A program made the translations under genes and the position numbers. From a phage: a stretch of DNA of 64,000 nt. The stretch is taken from the sequence record PZ496580.1, one strand, 5' to 3'. Positions 54,397 through 64,000 of the stretch are shown here, in pieces. The notes beneath the pieces were generated by a model. It saw only the letters and a list, made by a program, of their open reading frames with translations. It was not told where the DNA came from and did not search any database. Within the stretch, counting starts at the first letter, position 1, and each line of letters begins with the position of its first letter.

Positions 54397-55251
54397 ATGG
54401 CACAAGTTCCAAAGAAAAGAATAGACACAGGTACTGTCGGCAATCCATCGACTGGCGATATCTTATATGATGGCGGTAATAAAATTAACGATAACTTTGA
54501 TTCAATATATGACGCATTTGCTGATCAGCGGTTTAAAGACGTAGACCACGGCGTAGGAAGAATGGTTATTCATGCAACCGGATACTATCAGAAACATCCA
54601 CGTCAAAGCTACGCTGGTTCCGCTGTTGAGATTGGGAGTCTACACGATATCGATACAACTCAAGGCGCACTTATTGCTATTCTACCTAAAGCAAAGGTTG
54701 GTGAGGGTGTTGTATTCATAAATAGTAACGGTAGCCTTTCAACGACGACACCGCTCAATATTCGAACTCAAGCAGGTGATTCTATTAGCGGGTATTCCGG
54801 TGATGCTACAATAACACAACCATTTTCAAAAGTCACTGTTTGGTGTACTGCCGTTGAAGGTAGTCGCGTAACATGGCGATTGGGTATCGAAAGTATGTTT
54901 ACCGATACAACAACGCCATTAGATAAAACAGTTAACGTAACTGGAGTAGCAACAAACGTTGCTATTGCCGCAAAAACAGAATACGTTTCCATCAAATTAT
55001 TAACTACCGCTAGCAATACATCCGGTTCAAAAATGCGTTCAAGTGAAACGCTACTGATGATTGATTCTAAAGCCGGAAAAGTTTATGCGACGGAATATGC
55101 AGTTTTGCAGAAGACAGAAGATGAACTATACACGGTTCGTTATTTCATCGGTTCCGGCGATAAAGTATATGCAGAGTATAAGGCTACTGGCGAAAATATT
55201 CGTTTAGCAGTTAAAGCCGTAGACACTATTAAAATCGGGGTTGCTACATGA
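54397..55251 (+). CDS. 9: baseplate wedge / long tail fibre socket protein gp9
   Basis: KKRIDTGTVGNPSTGDILYDGGNKINDNFDSIYDAFADQR...IHATGYYQKH collinear with T4 gp9; TATAAATA late promoter at 54362-54369. Confidence 0.9.
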   Translation: MAQVPKKRIDTGTVGNPSTGDILYDGGNKINDNFDSIYDAFADQRFKDVDHGVGRMVIHATGYYQKHPRQSYAGSAVEIGSLHDIDTTQGALIAILPKAKVGEGVVFINSNGSLSTTTPLNIRTQAGDSISGYSGDATITQPFSKVTVWCTAVEGSRVTWRLGIESMFTDTTTPLDKTVNVTGVATNVAIAAKTEYVSIKLLTTASNTSGSKMRSSETLLMIDSKAGKVYATEYAVLQKTEDELYTVRYFIGSGDKVYAEYKATGENIRLAVKAVDTIKIGVAT

Positions 55252-57050
55252 AACAATTAATTAATATCGGTAACGTTGTTGATGACGGTACAGGTGATTA
55301 TCTAAGAAAAGGTGGTCAAAAGATTAATGACAACTTTTCTGAACTTTATACTAAGCTGGGGGATGGCGATATCCCTCATGCATCCGGCGCGTGGAAAACT
55401 CACACACAACCAGTATTAAAACCAAATTTTGGTGATGCGTGGGCGATTAATACAACGAACAACGCTGTTTCTGTTGAATTGCCTAAAGGAAGCGCGAGTG
55501 ATTATAATAAAACAATTAAACTTCGTGATGTTTGGCGCTCATGGGCTGCACATAACGTAACGTTGAAGCCAGCACAAGGTGATACCATTAAGGGATCTCC
55601 AATCGACCGTGAGTTGTATAAAGATTTCATGGATGTTGAATTGGTTTATTGTGCGCCTGGACGTTGGGAATATGTCGAAAATAAACGAGTAGATACTATC
55701 ACCACTTCCGATTTAAGCACAGTCGCTAAGGAAGTTTATATCGCAACCGAAGGACAAACAGACTTCCCTAATGTGTTTGGTTCCAATACTTACAATATTC
55801 GAAATGTTGAAGTTTATTATCGCGGTAACTTGCTTTATTATGGCAAGGATTTAACCGATGATTCTAACTATGGTTCAATCGGTGAAAACGGTGATATTGT
55901 TCCGCTGGACGGTAAAAGCATTAAATTACGCTTCCCTTGTTCGGCGGGTGATACCATTCAAATCATCACTTATATGGACGGTATCGCATCCTTCCGGTCA
56001 AGCTATATTACTCATACAATCCGCGTCTATGAGACAGGAATGACAACTTTGGAATCCATCCCAGGTGAAGTTTGGGTTGGTGAACTAGCTAATAAGAAAG
56101 AATTTACTAATGCTGAATTAGGCGTAAGTAAGCGAGATCTTATTAATCCAAATTCATTTGAATTGCTGATCAACGGCACACAAATGATTAAAGCGGGTGA
56201 TGCGGATTTACCTTCCTTTATTTGTGAAGGTGCTGACGGTGAAACGGAAGAAACCTGCGTACTTGCTGGCGGTCAATGGGTGGAATCTGGCGAAGATTAT
56301 TCATTAATGTTTGACGAAAACAGCGTGGTGACTGGTATTAAATTATCTAAAGCACTAGATAACCGAGATACTATCACAATTCGCTGGTTTAATAATGATA
56401 TCGGAACATTAATGGAATGGGACGGTGTAGGCGGTATTAAAGAAAAAGCAGATAAAATCTATCTTAATAACGAAGATGAAGTTACTCTGACAAATCGAAT
56501 TGAATATACCGATTTCCAGAATCCAAGTCAAGCAACTAAACGCCCGATGGAAGATTATACAGGTCGTGTGATGGATATCTATTCCATCTTTGATATTTTC
56601 CATCCTATAGGCACAATTTATGAAAACGCGCATAACCCAGCTAACCCGGCGACCTATATGGGAATTGGTACATGGGTACGTTATGCGGAAGGTGAATTTC
56701 TGGCTGGTTGGTCATCTGACGCAAGTGACCAGAATTTTGCATTAAACAATAATGATCTTGATACACATGGTCAACCGACACATACCGCAGGTGGTAAAGG
56801 TGGTGATGTTGCATACCAGATCAAGAAAAATATGATTCCTGAATTACAGAGCAACGATCGAGTTCTTGTAAAAGATGATAACGGAAATATTATTATCGGT
56901 GGTTGTCAGGTAGACCCTGATGCAGTAGGTCCAGCATTTACCAAATACCGCGAGGATACTGTAAAAGTTAATCAGGGGAATACAGACCCATCAATGATGG
57001 GTATTCTTCCTCCATACAGAACTGTCTATCGTTGGCTAAGGGTAGGTTAA
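55248..57050 (+). CDS. 10: baseplate wedge protein gp10
   Basis: MKQLINIGNVVDDGTGDYLRKGGQKINDNFSELYTKLGDGD collinear with T4 gp10 N-terminus; 600 aa. Confidence 0.88.
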   Translation: MKQLINIGNVVDDGTGDYLRKGGQKINDNFSELYTKLGDGDIPHASGAWKTHTQPVLKPNFGDAWAINTTNNAVSVELPKGSASDYNKTIKLRDVWRSWAAHNVTLKPAQGDTIKGSPIDRELYKDFMDVELVYCAPGRWEYVENKRVDTITTSDLSTVAKEVYIATEGQTDFPNVFGSNTYNIRNVEVYYRGNLLYYGKDLTDDSNYGSIGENGDIVPLDGKSIKLRFPCSAGDTIQIITYMDGIASFRSSYITHTIRVYETGMTTLESIPGEVWVGELANKKEFTNAELGVSKRDLINPNSFELLINGTQMIKAGDADLPSFICEGADGETEETCVLAGGQWVESGEDYSLMFDENSVVTGIKLSKALDNRDTITIRWFNNDIGTLMEWDGVGGIKEKADKIYLNNEDEVTLTNRIEYTDFQNPSQATKRPMEDYTGRVMDIYSIFDIFHPIGTIYENAHNPANPATYMGIGTWVRYAEGEFLAGWSSDASDQNFALNNNDLDTHGQPTHTAGGKGGDVAYQIKKNMIPELQSNDRVLVKDDNGNIIIGGCQVDPDAVGPAFTKYREDTVKVNQGNTDPSMMGILPPYRTVYRWLRVG

Positions 57051-57051
57051 T

Positions 57052-57696
57052 ATGATTTCGAAAACACGTTCAAAAGCTAGTGTATTTTCCAGCGATGCGG
57101 CGTTTATTTCATACGATCCAGGATCGAAAGATCCTGTTATCGGTGGTTCTCGTCCAATTGGTGGCGTTAATGTCGATCAATCAAGAAAAGGTTCCTATGT
57201 AAGCAACGTTCAATCTGCAATTGATGACCTTTATTCATTGTCAATGATCCGAATTGGTGACGTTTTAGTAACAACAAATTCAACTGCACCACAATCGGCA
57301 GGGCAAATTGAAACATTAACATTTGCAGGAAGCGTTAATAATCAACATAACCCAGAAGCAAAGAAAGTATTAATTGATGTTTTGGGTTATCCATTTATTG
57401 TTGATGTTGGGTCTTCCGGCGTTTCTCTATGTGAGAAAGTAACGGAAAAATTTACCGAACTAATGAATAAAAACATTATGTTCAAAGAAGTAAAAAGAAA
57501 AGGAAGTAGCAACGACCAATTAGAAATTCATTATATCGATTCTCTTGAACATCCACCAACCGATATTAACAAGTACGGAATTACAATCACAGGAAATGTT
57601 GATTCCCCTGCCCGTGTTGGTTATGGTTCATGGTCTCGAATGGGTACAGAAGAGAAATTTGGAACTACCCTATATTATTTCAAACGTATTGCATAA
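57052..57696 (+). CDS. 11: baseplate wedge protein gp11
   Basis: 214 aa; C-terminus GYGSWSRMG...TLYYFKRIA parallels T4 gp11. Confidence 0.8.
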   Translation: MISKTRSKASVFSSDAAFISYDPGSKDPVIGGSRPIGGVNVDQSRKGSYVSNVQSAIDDLYSLSMIRIGDVLVTTNSTAPQSAGQIETLTFAGSVNNQHNPEAKKVLIDVLGYPFIVDVGSSGVSLCEKVTEKFTELMNKNIMFKEVKRKGSSNDQLEIHYIDSLEHPPTDINKYGITITGNVDSPARVGYGSWSRMGTEEKFGTTLYYFKRIA

Positions 57697-57707
57697 GGTG
57701 ATGTATA

Positions 57708-59108
57708 ATGGCAAACAATACTATTAACCACGTAAAAGACGATGCTCAATACGTCAAGTTTAACCCTGTAAATGATTGGCCTCAAAGCATTACCAACGTA
57801 CAAGCGGCTTTAGCCGCTATTAACGGCTTTGCTGTAAATGGATTACCGGACGCTACGGAAGATACAGCCGGGATCGCTGCAATCGCAACACAGGAAGAAG
57901 TAAACGACGGTACTGTAGACAATAAGATCGTGACTCCAAAAACATTGGCGGTTAAAATGTCGCGTCCAGATGCTACAAAAGAAGTAAAGGGTATCACTCG
58001 TTTTGCCACGATGGAAGAATCGCTGCAAGAGAGCAACGAGAACATGGCAATCGGTCCAGACACACTAAACCATTACTTCACCACTAAAAAGGCGTCAGAG
58101 AGCGTTCAGGGGACTATTAAGATATGTTCTCTTGAGGCAGCAAAGATTGGCAGTGATGACACAATGGCAGTAACACCGAAAAAGATGCACACTGCCATTG
58201 CACAGATTGTACCGGGATTGATTCCAGAGCAAAACACAGCAACCGAAAGCGCACAAGGTTTAGTTCAGTTAGCAACCAATGCGCAAGTTTTACAAGGCCA
58301 GATTCGAGAAGGTTTTGCAATTAGCCCTTATGCATTTGCAAATGCTCGCGCCAATGAGAATCAGGCGGGTACTGTTAAGATCGCCAGCCAGTCACAGATG
58401 AATGCTGGTTCAGATGATACTGTAGTTGTTTCTGCTAAGAAGTTTGCAAGCACTAAGGCAACAACGTCTCAATACGGTATTGTTAAACTACGAGACACCG
58501 TAGGAAGTGAGGCTAACGCTGCACTATCAGCAAATGCTAAGGTTCTTCCTAGCACTGGCGGTACGGTAAGCGGAAACGTCTATAAAGGTTCTAACTCAGA
58601 CGGCAACCAGTTTGTTACTAAAAATGAATTAGCGAATCACGCAATGCCAATTGGTGGTATTATCCTTTCTGGATTCAATGCTGATCGCGGTGACTTTCTG
58701 ATCTGTAATGGTCGTTCACTGAATAAAAATCAATATCCGCAATTATTTTCTGCGATTGGTTATACCTTTGGTGGTTCAGGTAACAATTTTAACCTTCCTG
58801 ATATGCGCGGTTTAGTTGCTCGTGGTTGCGATCATGGAAGAAACCTTGATCCAGGTCGTCGATTTGGTTCTTATCAAGAAGACGCAATGCAGAGAATTAC
58901 TGGTAAATTCCCTGTAGCTGACCGCTGGCGCGGTTGGTATGGTGGCGCATTTACTGCACAGCGCGGTCAATGGAGCACGAACTATAAAAACGGTGGGGGT
59001 GATGATTGGGGTTCTACTGTTAACTTTGACTCAGGAAGATCTGTAAGAACGGCTAACGAGACTCGCGTCAAGAGTCTGGCATTAAACTATATCATAAGGG
59101 TGCGCTAA
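57708..59108 (+). CDS. 12: short tail fibre protein gp12
   Basis: N-terminus NHVKDDAQYVKFNPVNDWPQSITNVQAALAAI and repeated ...ATQEEVNDG...NKIVTPKTL segments parallel T4 gp12. Confidence 0.88.
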   Translation: MANNTINHVKDDAQYVKFNPVNDWPQSITNVQAALAAINGFAVNGLPDATEDTAGIAAIATQEEVNDGTVDNKIVTPKTLAVKMSRPDATKEVKGITRFATMEESLQESNENMAIGPDTLNHYFTTKKASESVQGTIKICSLEAAKIGSDDTMAVTPKKMHTAIAQIVPGLIPEQNTATESAQGLVQLATNAQVLQGQIREGFAISPYAFANARANENQAGTVKIASQSQMNAGSDDTVVVSAKKFASTKATTSQYGIVKLRDTVGSEANAALSANAKVLPSTGGTVSGNVYKGSNSDGNQFVTKNELANHAMPIGGIILSGFNADRGDFLICNGRSLNKNQYPQLFSAIGYTFGGSGNNFNLPDMRGLVARGCDHGRNLDPGRRFGSYQEDAMQRITGKFPVADRWRGWYGGAFTAQRGQWSTNYKNGGGDDWGSTVNFDSGRSVRTANETRVKSLALNYIIRVR

Positions 59109-60877
59109 TGATTGAACAATTAAACATCCACGAGATCCCAAATGTTGACGGTGTACCAGGCGAAGGACAGCACCGGATTAATTGGATCAAGAATGGCGAA
59201 TGTTTAAGCGCAGCAACGACACAGACTGGCAATGACGGGACGCTTAACCGCGCCCCGGTTGCAATTCAAGAAAACGTTGCACGCGTAAACGAAAACGCAA
59301 AATCAACCGTCGCTAAAGTTAACGAGGTTGTAACGGCGGTTAATGATATTAAAACAACTTTAGGGGCAATTTCTGACGGAAGTATCATTGATGTGGTTAA
59401 CCAGACTGTCGCAAAAGTTGAATCCGTCGAAGAGAACTTAGGAGAAACAGCAAAAACTCTGCAAACAGCGGTAGACGCTGTATCAGAACTTAACATCAAG
59501 ATTGGTGATCGCCCCGCTGCCGATCCGAGCACAAGAACAATCTATGATGACATTTCTTTCATCAAACAAGAAATGGGTTCTTATCCTAACTTTAATATTA
59601 ATGGTTCGCCTGATGCTGGTAATTCCGGTTCCGGCATCAAATACCGAGTTATTCAGAATACCGCAGCATTAAATGACCACGGTCGCCGAATCGTTCAGCT
59701 AGAAAACGACTGGCAAGATTCTGGCGTAGGCGAGTTAACAAAACAAGTTAACAAAATGCGCAGTGAGATCGGCGACACGTCTCTTGCAACACAAGAAAAT
59801 GTGTATGTTCGTCTCCGCACCAACGCAAGAAACATTGCTAACTTATCAAATGAAGTTCTAGAAGTCAAGAAAGCAATTTTGTTTGATTCAATCCCTGATA
59901 TCGGGACTAAAGTCACTACGCTAGGCACTAATTATGAACGTCTAAACAATGATGTTAATGGTGTAGATTCCGGTATTCGTCCTCGTCTTCTGGCAGTTGA
60001 AAACAAGATCGGTACTCCTCAATCTGCTGGTAGTATTGATTATCGATTAACCAACACAGAGCGAGAATTTTTAGATCTTAAACAGGTTGTTGGTGTAAGC
60101 GGTGCTGACGGTTTGCGCGGTGAAGTTGCTCGACTTTCTAATGAGATTGGTACTGACAGCGATCGACATACTCTAGCCGGACGTCTTAAAGTTGTAGAAA
60201 ACACTCAGGGTCGGTTAGAAGCAAGCGTACAGGACATGGAACAGCTTGTAGGTGATCGCGAATCAGGTTTGACCGCTGGCGTTATTAAACTATCAAGTGA
60301 TATCTATGGTGATGATGGTTCAGAAGATCCATTTACTCAGAAAGGCGTGATTAAAATCGTCAAAGAGCTACAAACATCTAACGGAAACAAAGTAGATGAT
60401 GTACCTGATGACGGTTTCCATTATCTGCGTAAGCGCGGAGAATGGGTGCAAGTTGCATATGCTGCTGGAGCATTTAAAAATACCGCAGATATTACGGTTG
60501 AACTTAACGAACAGGATGTTTATAAACCGATTCCGCTTAACGACATGGCGGCGGAAGTTAATGTGCGTCAAATGGTGAAAAGTGAATCTGTTGTCACCGT
60601 TCAGGACAAAGGTTTATTCCGTTGTGTATTCCGTTGTGCTGTACACGCTCAACATAATGCAACATTCATTGTTGCGATTTTCAAAAATGGACAGATGGTA
60701 TATGAAGCGAAAAATGGTCATTACGGCACAGACGAATTGATCAGCTATTCTACCAGTGCTTTCCTAAATATTGAAAAGGGCGATCAGATTAACATCCGTA
60801 TTAAGGGTGTATCTGTCGAAGCAGTAGCACAACCAGTACAAATTAAAGAGTTCCTCTTTGGGATTTCTCCGGTATAA
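59108..60877 (+). CDS. wac: fibritin (whisker) Wac
   Basis: N-terminus HEIPNVDGVPGEGQHRINWIKNGE matches T4 fibritin; long coiled-coil body; C-terminal PDDGFHYLRKRGEWVQVA-type foldon-like segment. Confidence 0.88.
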   Translation: MIEQLNIHEIPNVDGVPGEGQHRINWIKNGECLSAATTQTGNDGTLNRAPVAIQENVARVNENAKSTVAKVNEVVTAVNDIKTTLGAISDGSIIDVVNQTVAKVESVEENLGETAKTLQTAVDAVSELNIKIGDRPAADPSTRTIYDDISFIKQEMGSYPNFNINGSPDAGNSGSGIKYRVIQNTAALNDHGRRIVQLENDWQDSGVGELTKQVNKMRSEIGDTSLATQENVYVRLRTNARNIANLSNEVLEVKKAILFDSIPDIGTKVTTLGTNYERLNNDVNGVDSGIRPRLLAVENKIGTPQSAGSIDYRLTNTEREFLDLKQVVGVSGADGLRGEVARLSNEIGTDSDRHTLAGRLKVVENTQGRLEASVQDMEQLVGDRESGLTAGVIKLSSDIYGDDGSEDPFTQKGVIKIVKELQTSNGNKVDDVPDDGFHYLRKRGEWVQVAYAAGAFKNTADITVELNEQDVYKPIPLNDMAAEVNVRQMVKSESVVTVQDKGLFRCVFRCAVHAQHNATFIVAIFKNGQMVYEAKNGHYGTDELISYSTSAFLNIEKGDQINIRIKGVSVEAVAQPVQIKEFLFGISPV

Positions 60878-60883
60878 GAAATT

Positions 60884-60908
60884 AAAGGGGCGTTAAGCCC
60901 CTTTTTCG
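60884..60908 (+). terminator. rho-independent terminator after wac
   Basis: 8-bp stem aaaggggc/gccccttt, 5-nt loop, T-run. Confidence 0.6.
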
Positions 60909-60923
60909 TTTATAGGTGATATT

Positions 60924-61856
60924 ATGTCAGGATATGTAACCAATAACCCAAGAGAATTAAAAGACGCTATTCTGCGTCGTTTAGGCGCACCAGTAATTAA
61001 CGTAGAAGTAACAGAAGACCAGATTTACGATTGTATTCAGAGAGCACTAGAACTCTATGGGGAATATCATTTCGATGGTGTGAATAAAGGATATAAAGTA
61101 TTTCGTGTTAGTGCAGAGCAAGCGCAACATGGGGTATTTGATTTAAGCGATTCTGGAGTATTCGCAGTAACTAAAATAATTCGAACAAACGTAGGTAGCG
61201 CGGCTACGATGGATGGTACTGCCGTTTATCCGTGGTTTACTGACTTTCTGTTGGGTTTAGCGGGTGTAAATGGCGGTTTAGGATCTGGCTGTAGTAAATT
61301 TTATGGTCCAAATGCAATGGGTGGTGATCTAGGATATTTCGAACAGCTTATGAGCTATCGAGCCACTATGCAAAATATGCTTAATCCACTGCCAGACTAT
61401 TGGTATAATAGCGCAAACGGACAACTTAAGATTACAGGAAACTTCCGAGAAGGTGATCTCATTGTTGTTGAATTATATGTTAAAAGCTATGTAGACGTTC
61501 CTGATATGATCGGCGCGGTTGCTGGTTATGCTCATGCGGGAGGATGTTCTACCGCTGGCGGGATTAGCGCCGTTTATGATAATCCAACTGCTGGTTTAAG
61601 CGGGATTGTTGCTGGCATGGGACCAATCAGTGAGAACAAACAGGGCGCATATAATAACCGTTGGGTTAAAGACATGGCAACCGCTTTCACTAAGGAGGTG
61701 TGGGGGTCCATCATGGCTAAACATCAAGGTCTGCAATTACCCGGCGGTGTTACCGTGGATGGTATCCGAATCATTGAAGAAGCACGCGCCGATATTGAGA
61801 AATTGCGACAAGAACTAGAATTATTAGATCCTCCGTTCGGCATCCTCATGATTTGA
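60924..61856 (+). CDS. 13: neck protein gp13
   Basis: [42 protein letters not shown]...[10 protein letters not shown]...LDPPFGIL collinear with T4 gp13. Confidence 0.88.
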   Translation: MSGYVTNNPRELKDAILRRLGAPVINVEVTEDQIYDCIQRALELYGEYHFDGVNKGYKVFRVSAEQAQHGVFDLSDSGVFAVTKIIRTNVGSAATMDGTAVYPWFTDFLLGLAGVNGGLGSGCSKFYGPNAMGGDLGYFEQLMSYRATMQNMLNPLPDYWYNSANGQLKITGNFREGDLIVVELYVKSYVDVPDMIGAVAGYAHAGGCSTAGGISAVYDNPTAGLSGIVAGMGPISENKQGAYNNRWVKDMATAFTKEVWGSIMAKHQGLQLPGGVTVDGIRIIEEARADIEKLRQELELLDPPFGILMI

Positions 61857-61892
61857 TTTATTGGGGGAGTATTCCCCCATTTGGAGTAACAT

Positions 61893-62633
61893 ATGTTTAA
61901 CAACACTCTTTTTGCTCGCCTTGAATCGCAAAAGGATTATGAGAATACACGACAAACAGAGATTCTCAATCCTTATGTGAACTTTCACAAATATACAAAT
62001 ACTCAGACGTTAGCCGACGTTATGGTCGCAGAAGCTATCCAGATGCGAGGTGTAGAATTATATTACATCCCTCGTGAATTTGTCAAGCCAGATATGATCT
62101 TTGGTGAAGATGTTCAAAGCAAATTCACTAAAGCATGGAAATTTGCGGCTTATATTAACTCGTTTGATGGTTATGAAGGTGCGGGTAATTTCTTCTCTAG
62201 TTTCGGGTATCAAGCTAATGATGAATTAACTTTTACGGTTAACCCCAACCTATTCAAGCATCAAGTAGATGATCAAGAGCCAAAATCAGGTGACTTGATT
62301 TATATTCCAATGAGTAATGATCTTTTTGAAATCAATTACGTCGAGCCATATCAGCCGTTTTTTCAGGCTGGCAAAAATGCCATGCGTAAAATTATTGCAG
62401 AGAAATTCGTGTATAGCGGTGAGGAATTGCGACCAGAATTACAACGCAATGAGGGAATTAATGTTGATGAGTTCGCGGATCTGGATCTTGCACCGATCAC
62501 TAATCTGGACGGGTTAACAGATATCAACTTAGATCAGTACAAAGAAGATAAGCAATTCAGAAGCGAAGGACAAGATTTTATTGACCCATTTGATCCTATT
62601 AATGGCAAGGGTTCACCTTTCGCCGATTTTTGA
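61893..62633 (+). CDS. 14: neck protein gp14
   Basis: 246 aa following gene 13 as in T4. Confidence 0.75.
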   Translation: MFNNTLFARLESQKDYENTRQTEILNPYVNFHKYTNTQTLADVMVAEAIQMRGVELYYIPREFVKPDMIFGEDVQSKFTKAWKFAAYINSFDGYEGAGNFFSSFGYQANDELTFTVNPNLFKHQVDDQEPKSGDLIYIPMSNDLFEINYVEPYQPFFQAGKNAMRKIIAEKFVYSGEELRPELQRNEGINVDEFADLDLAPITNLDGLTDINLDQYKEDKQFRSEGQDFIDPFDPINGKGSPFADF

Positions 62634-63493
62634 TAAATACTCATAAACAAGGGGGTCAAATGTTCGGTTGGCACTATAATTCGTCAATTAGACGGTATAT
62701 TGTATTGCTGGGTAATTTATTCTCCGGCGTACAAATTAAAAGGGTGCGTAGTGACGGTGAGCGTTTTATTAAAGTTCCTATCACCTACGCAAAGAAAGAA
62801 AAATTCATGATGAGTCTGGACAAATATAACAATATCTCAAGTGAGGAAGACGTAGCAAAGGTAGAAACTATTTTACCGCGTATGTGTCTTTCTTTGATTG
62901 ATATGACATACGCCCAGAACTTTAAAACCAATATTGCAAATAAGACAGTACCAAAATATACGGCTGATGGAATCAGGAGCGTGACACAATATAATCCTGT
63001 ACCATATAAGTTTACTTTCGAGTTAGGGATTTATACGCGTAACGAAGATGATATGTTTCAGATAATTGAACAGATTCTTCCTTACTTCCAGCCTCATTTT
63101 AACTGTAAGATTAAAGAACTACACGGTAATGATGTATGGATTGATCGAGATATTCAGGTCACAATTAGTTCTATTACTCCAGATGAACAGGTAGGCGAAG
63201 ATAAGTTTTCTCGTCGTCGTCTTGAGTGGACCATTATGTTCGAATTTATCGGCTTTATATATCCTCCGGCTACCGACGTTAAGGGGGAAATTAGAACGAT
63301 TTATCTTGATTTTCATGCTAATTCTCGTGAATTAAATCCTAGCGGTAATTTTGAATCTGTGGATCACGAGGTCGTTAAACGTGATGTTGAGCAAGAAGAA
63401 TGGGACGGAACAATCAAAGAATCATATTCTAGTGATATTCCTGTACCAGTTGCACCGACTCCACCGGGTCCACGTATTGTAAGAGAATTTTAA
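62630..63493 (+). CDS. 15: tail sheath stabiliser / tail terminator gp15
   Basis: 287 aa between genes 14 and 16 as in T4. Confidence 0.75.
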   Translation: MINTHKQGGQMFGWHYNSSIRRYIVLLGNLFSGVQIKRVRSDGERFIKVPITYAKKEKFMMSLDKYNNISSEEDVAKVETILPRMCLSLIDMTYAQNFKTNIANKTVPKYTADGIRSVTQYNPVPYKFTFELGIYTRNEDDMFQIIEQILPYFQPHFNCKIKELHGNDVWIDRDIQVTISSITPDEQVGEDKFSRRRLEWTIMFEFIGFIYPPATDVKGEIRTIYLDFHANSRELNPSGNFESVDHEVVKRDVEQEEWDGTIKESYSSDIPVPVAPTPPGPRIVREF

Positions 63494-63506
63494 GAGGTAA
63501 TTTATT

Positions 63507-64000
63507 ATGTCAGATCTAGGCTTAGATATGAAGCAATTAATGAATTTCGAAAGTCTAGGTCTTCCGGGGTCATTCGACGCGGAAGAAGATCGAGTGAGCT
63601 ATGATCCGCTCGTCTTGACTCCGGTCGAAAGTCATCCAGAAGATCGTAATATTGACTTACAACGAGATTATAATGAGGCACGTCAGAATATTCATTTTCA
63701 GAATCAGATGATGATGGACGCCGCAAAGATTTATCTTGAACTTGCAAAAAATAGTGAGTCGCCACGATTCTTACAAGCATTTAACGGCCTCATGCAGCAA
63801 ATGAGCAATAACAACAAAGAATTGCTGAATATCCATAAGGATATGAAGAAAATCACCGAGCAAGCTGGAGAGAAAAAGAAAGATAATACTCCAGCCGCAC
63901 CAGTTAATATCCAGAATGCGACCGTCTTTATGGGTTCTCCTAGTGATTTAATGGATGAAATCGAAGACGAGGAAGCGCGAGTTATTGAAGGTGAGACAGT
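63507..64000 (+). CDS. 16: terminase small subunit gp16, N-terminal part (continues beyond window end)
   Basis: MSDLGLDMKQLMNFESLGLPG...NIHFQNQMMMDAAKIYLELAKNSESPRF...NNNKELLNIHKDMKKITEQ collinear with T4 gp16; ATG at 63507; open to window end. Confidence 0.85.
   Translation, partial: MSDLGLDMKQLMNFESLGLPGSFDAEEDRVSYDPLVLTPVESHPEDRNIDLQRDYNEARQNIHFQNQMMMDAAKIYLELAKNSESPRFLQAFNGLMQQMSNNNKELLNIHKDMKKITEQAGEKKKDNTPAAPVNIQNATVFMGSPSDLMDEIEDEEARVIEGET

Noticed and set aside
47505-58320. Minus-strand and alternate-frame ORFs inside late structural genes (e.g. 47505-47786, 49621-49887, 50224-50640, 53033-53356, 53592-53933, 54768-55016, 57782-58063, 59266-59532)
   Set aside because: Embedded in long plus-strand genes with strong T4 homology; no promoters or RBS; chance ORFs.
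61863-61878. Hairpin ggggga/tccccc between genes 13 and 14 as a terminator
   Set aside because: Short stem with no proper U-run and gene 14 follows immediately; more likely a local RNA structure or coincidental.
63505-63780. Minus-strand ORF 63505-63780
   Set aside because: Antisense to the gene 16 N-terminus, which aligns well to the T4 small terminase.
1-64000. CRISPR array, integrase/attachment site, transposon or IS element
   Set aside because: No direct-repeat/spacer array, no tyrosine or serine recombinase-like ORF, no terminal inverted repeats flanking a transposase; the only mobile-element-like gene is the HNH endonuclease.

Overview
This window reads as a contiguous segment of a T4-like (Tevenvirinae-type) myovirus genome; all calls rest on reading the translations and sequence by eye, with no database search. 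Positions 1-41753 are a densely packed minus-strand early/middle region in T4 order: genes 46, 47, 55, a glutaredoxin, nrdG, nrdD, 49, nrdC, dam, rI, tk, regB, an M15 endolysin, 57B, 57A, 1, 3, interspersed with many small ORFs of unknown function. After a divergent late-promoter junction (genes 2 and 4 on minus; 53 on plus), 43593-64000 is the plus-strand late baseplate/neck module: 53, 5, 5.4 (PAAR), 6, 7, 8, 9, 10, 11, 12, wac, 13, 14, 15 and the start of 16. Points worth a second look: (i) about 18 repeated sigma70-type early promoter cassettes, most carrying a short GC inverted repeat in the spacer or across the -10 and often sharing a leader, resembling the promoter-early stem-loop (PeSL) shuffling cassettes described in T4-type phages; (ii) an expanded paralog family (at least 8 genes, about 12 domain copies) wrapped around nrdD/nrdG; (iii) an autonomous three-gene cassette with its own near-consensus sigma70 promoter and a methyltransferase, inserted between late genes 8 and 9; (iv) candidate anti-defence or accessory genes: a 57B/Acb1-like 2H phosphoesterase, a TARG1-like macrodomain, a Pol-beta-type nucleotidyltransferase next to a GrcA-like glycyl-radical cofactor, a Dps-like protein, a glycine-rich protein and a 715-aa Ig-like protein; (v) three overlapping ORF pairs that may be frameshifted single genes, one at an A7 tract. 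The six-frame track evidently counts GTG/TTG as starts, so several starts were moved to the first ATG with a Shine-Dalgarno; starts of unverified hypothetical ORFs are as given in the track. No tRNA, rRNA, CRISPR array, integrase or transposon was seen.
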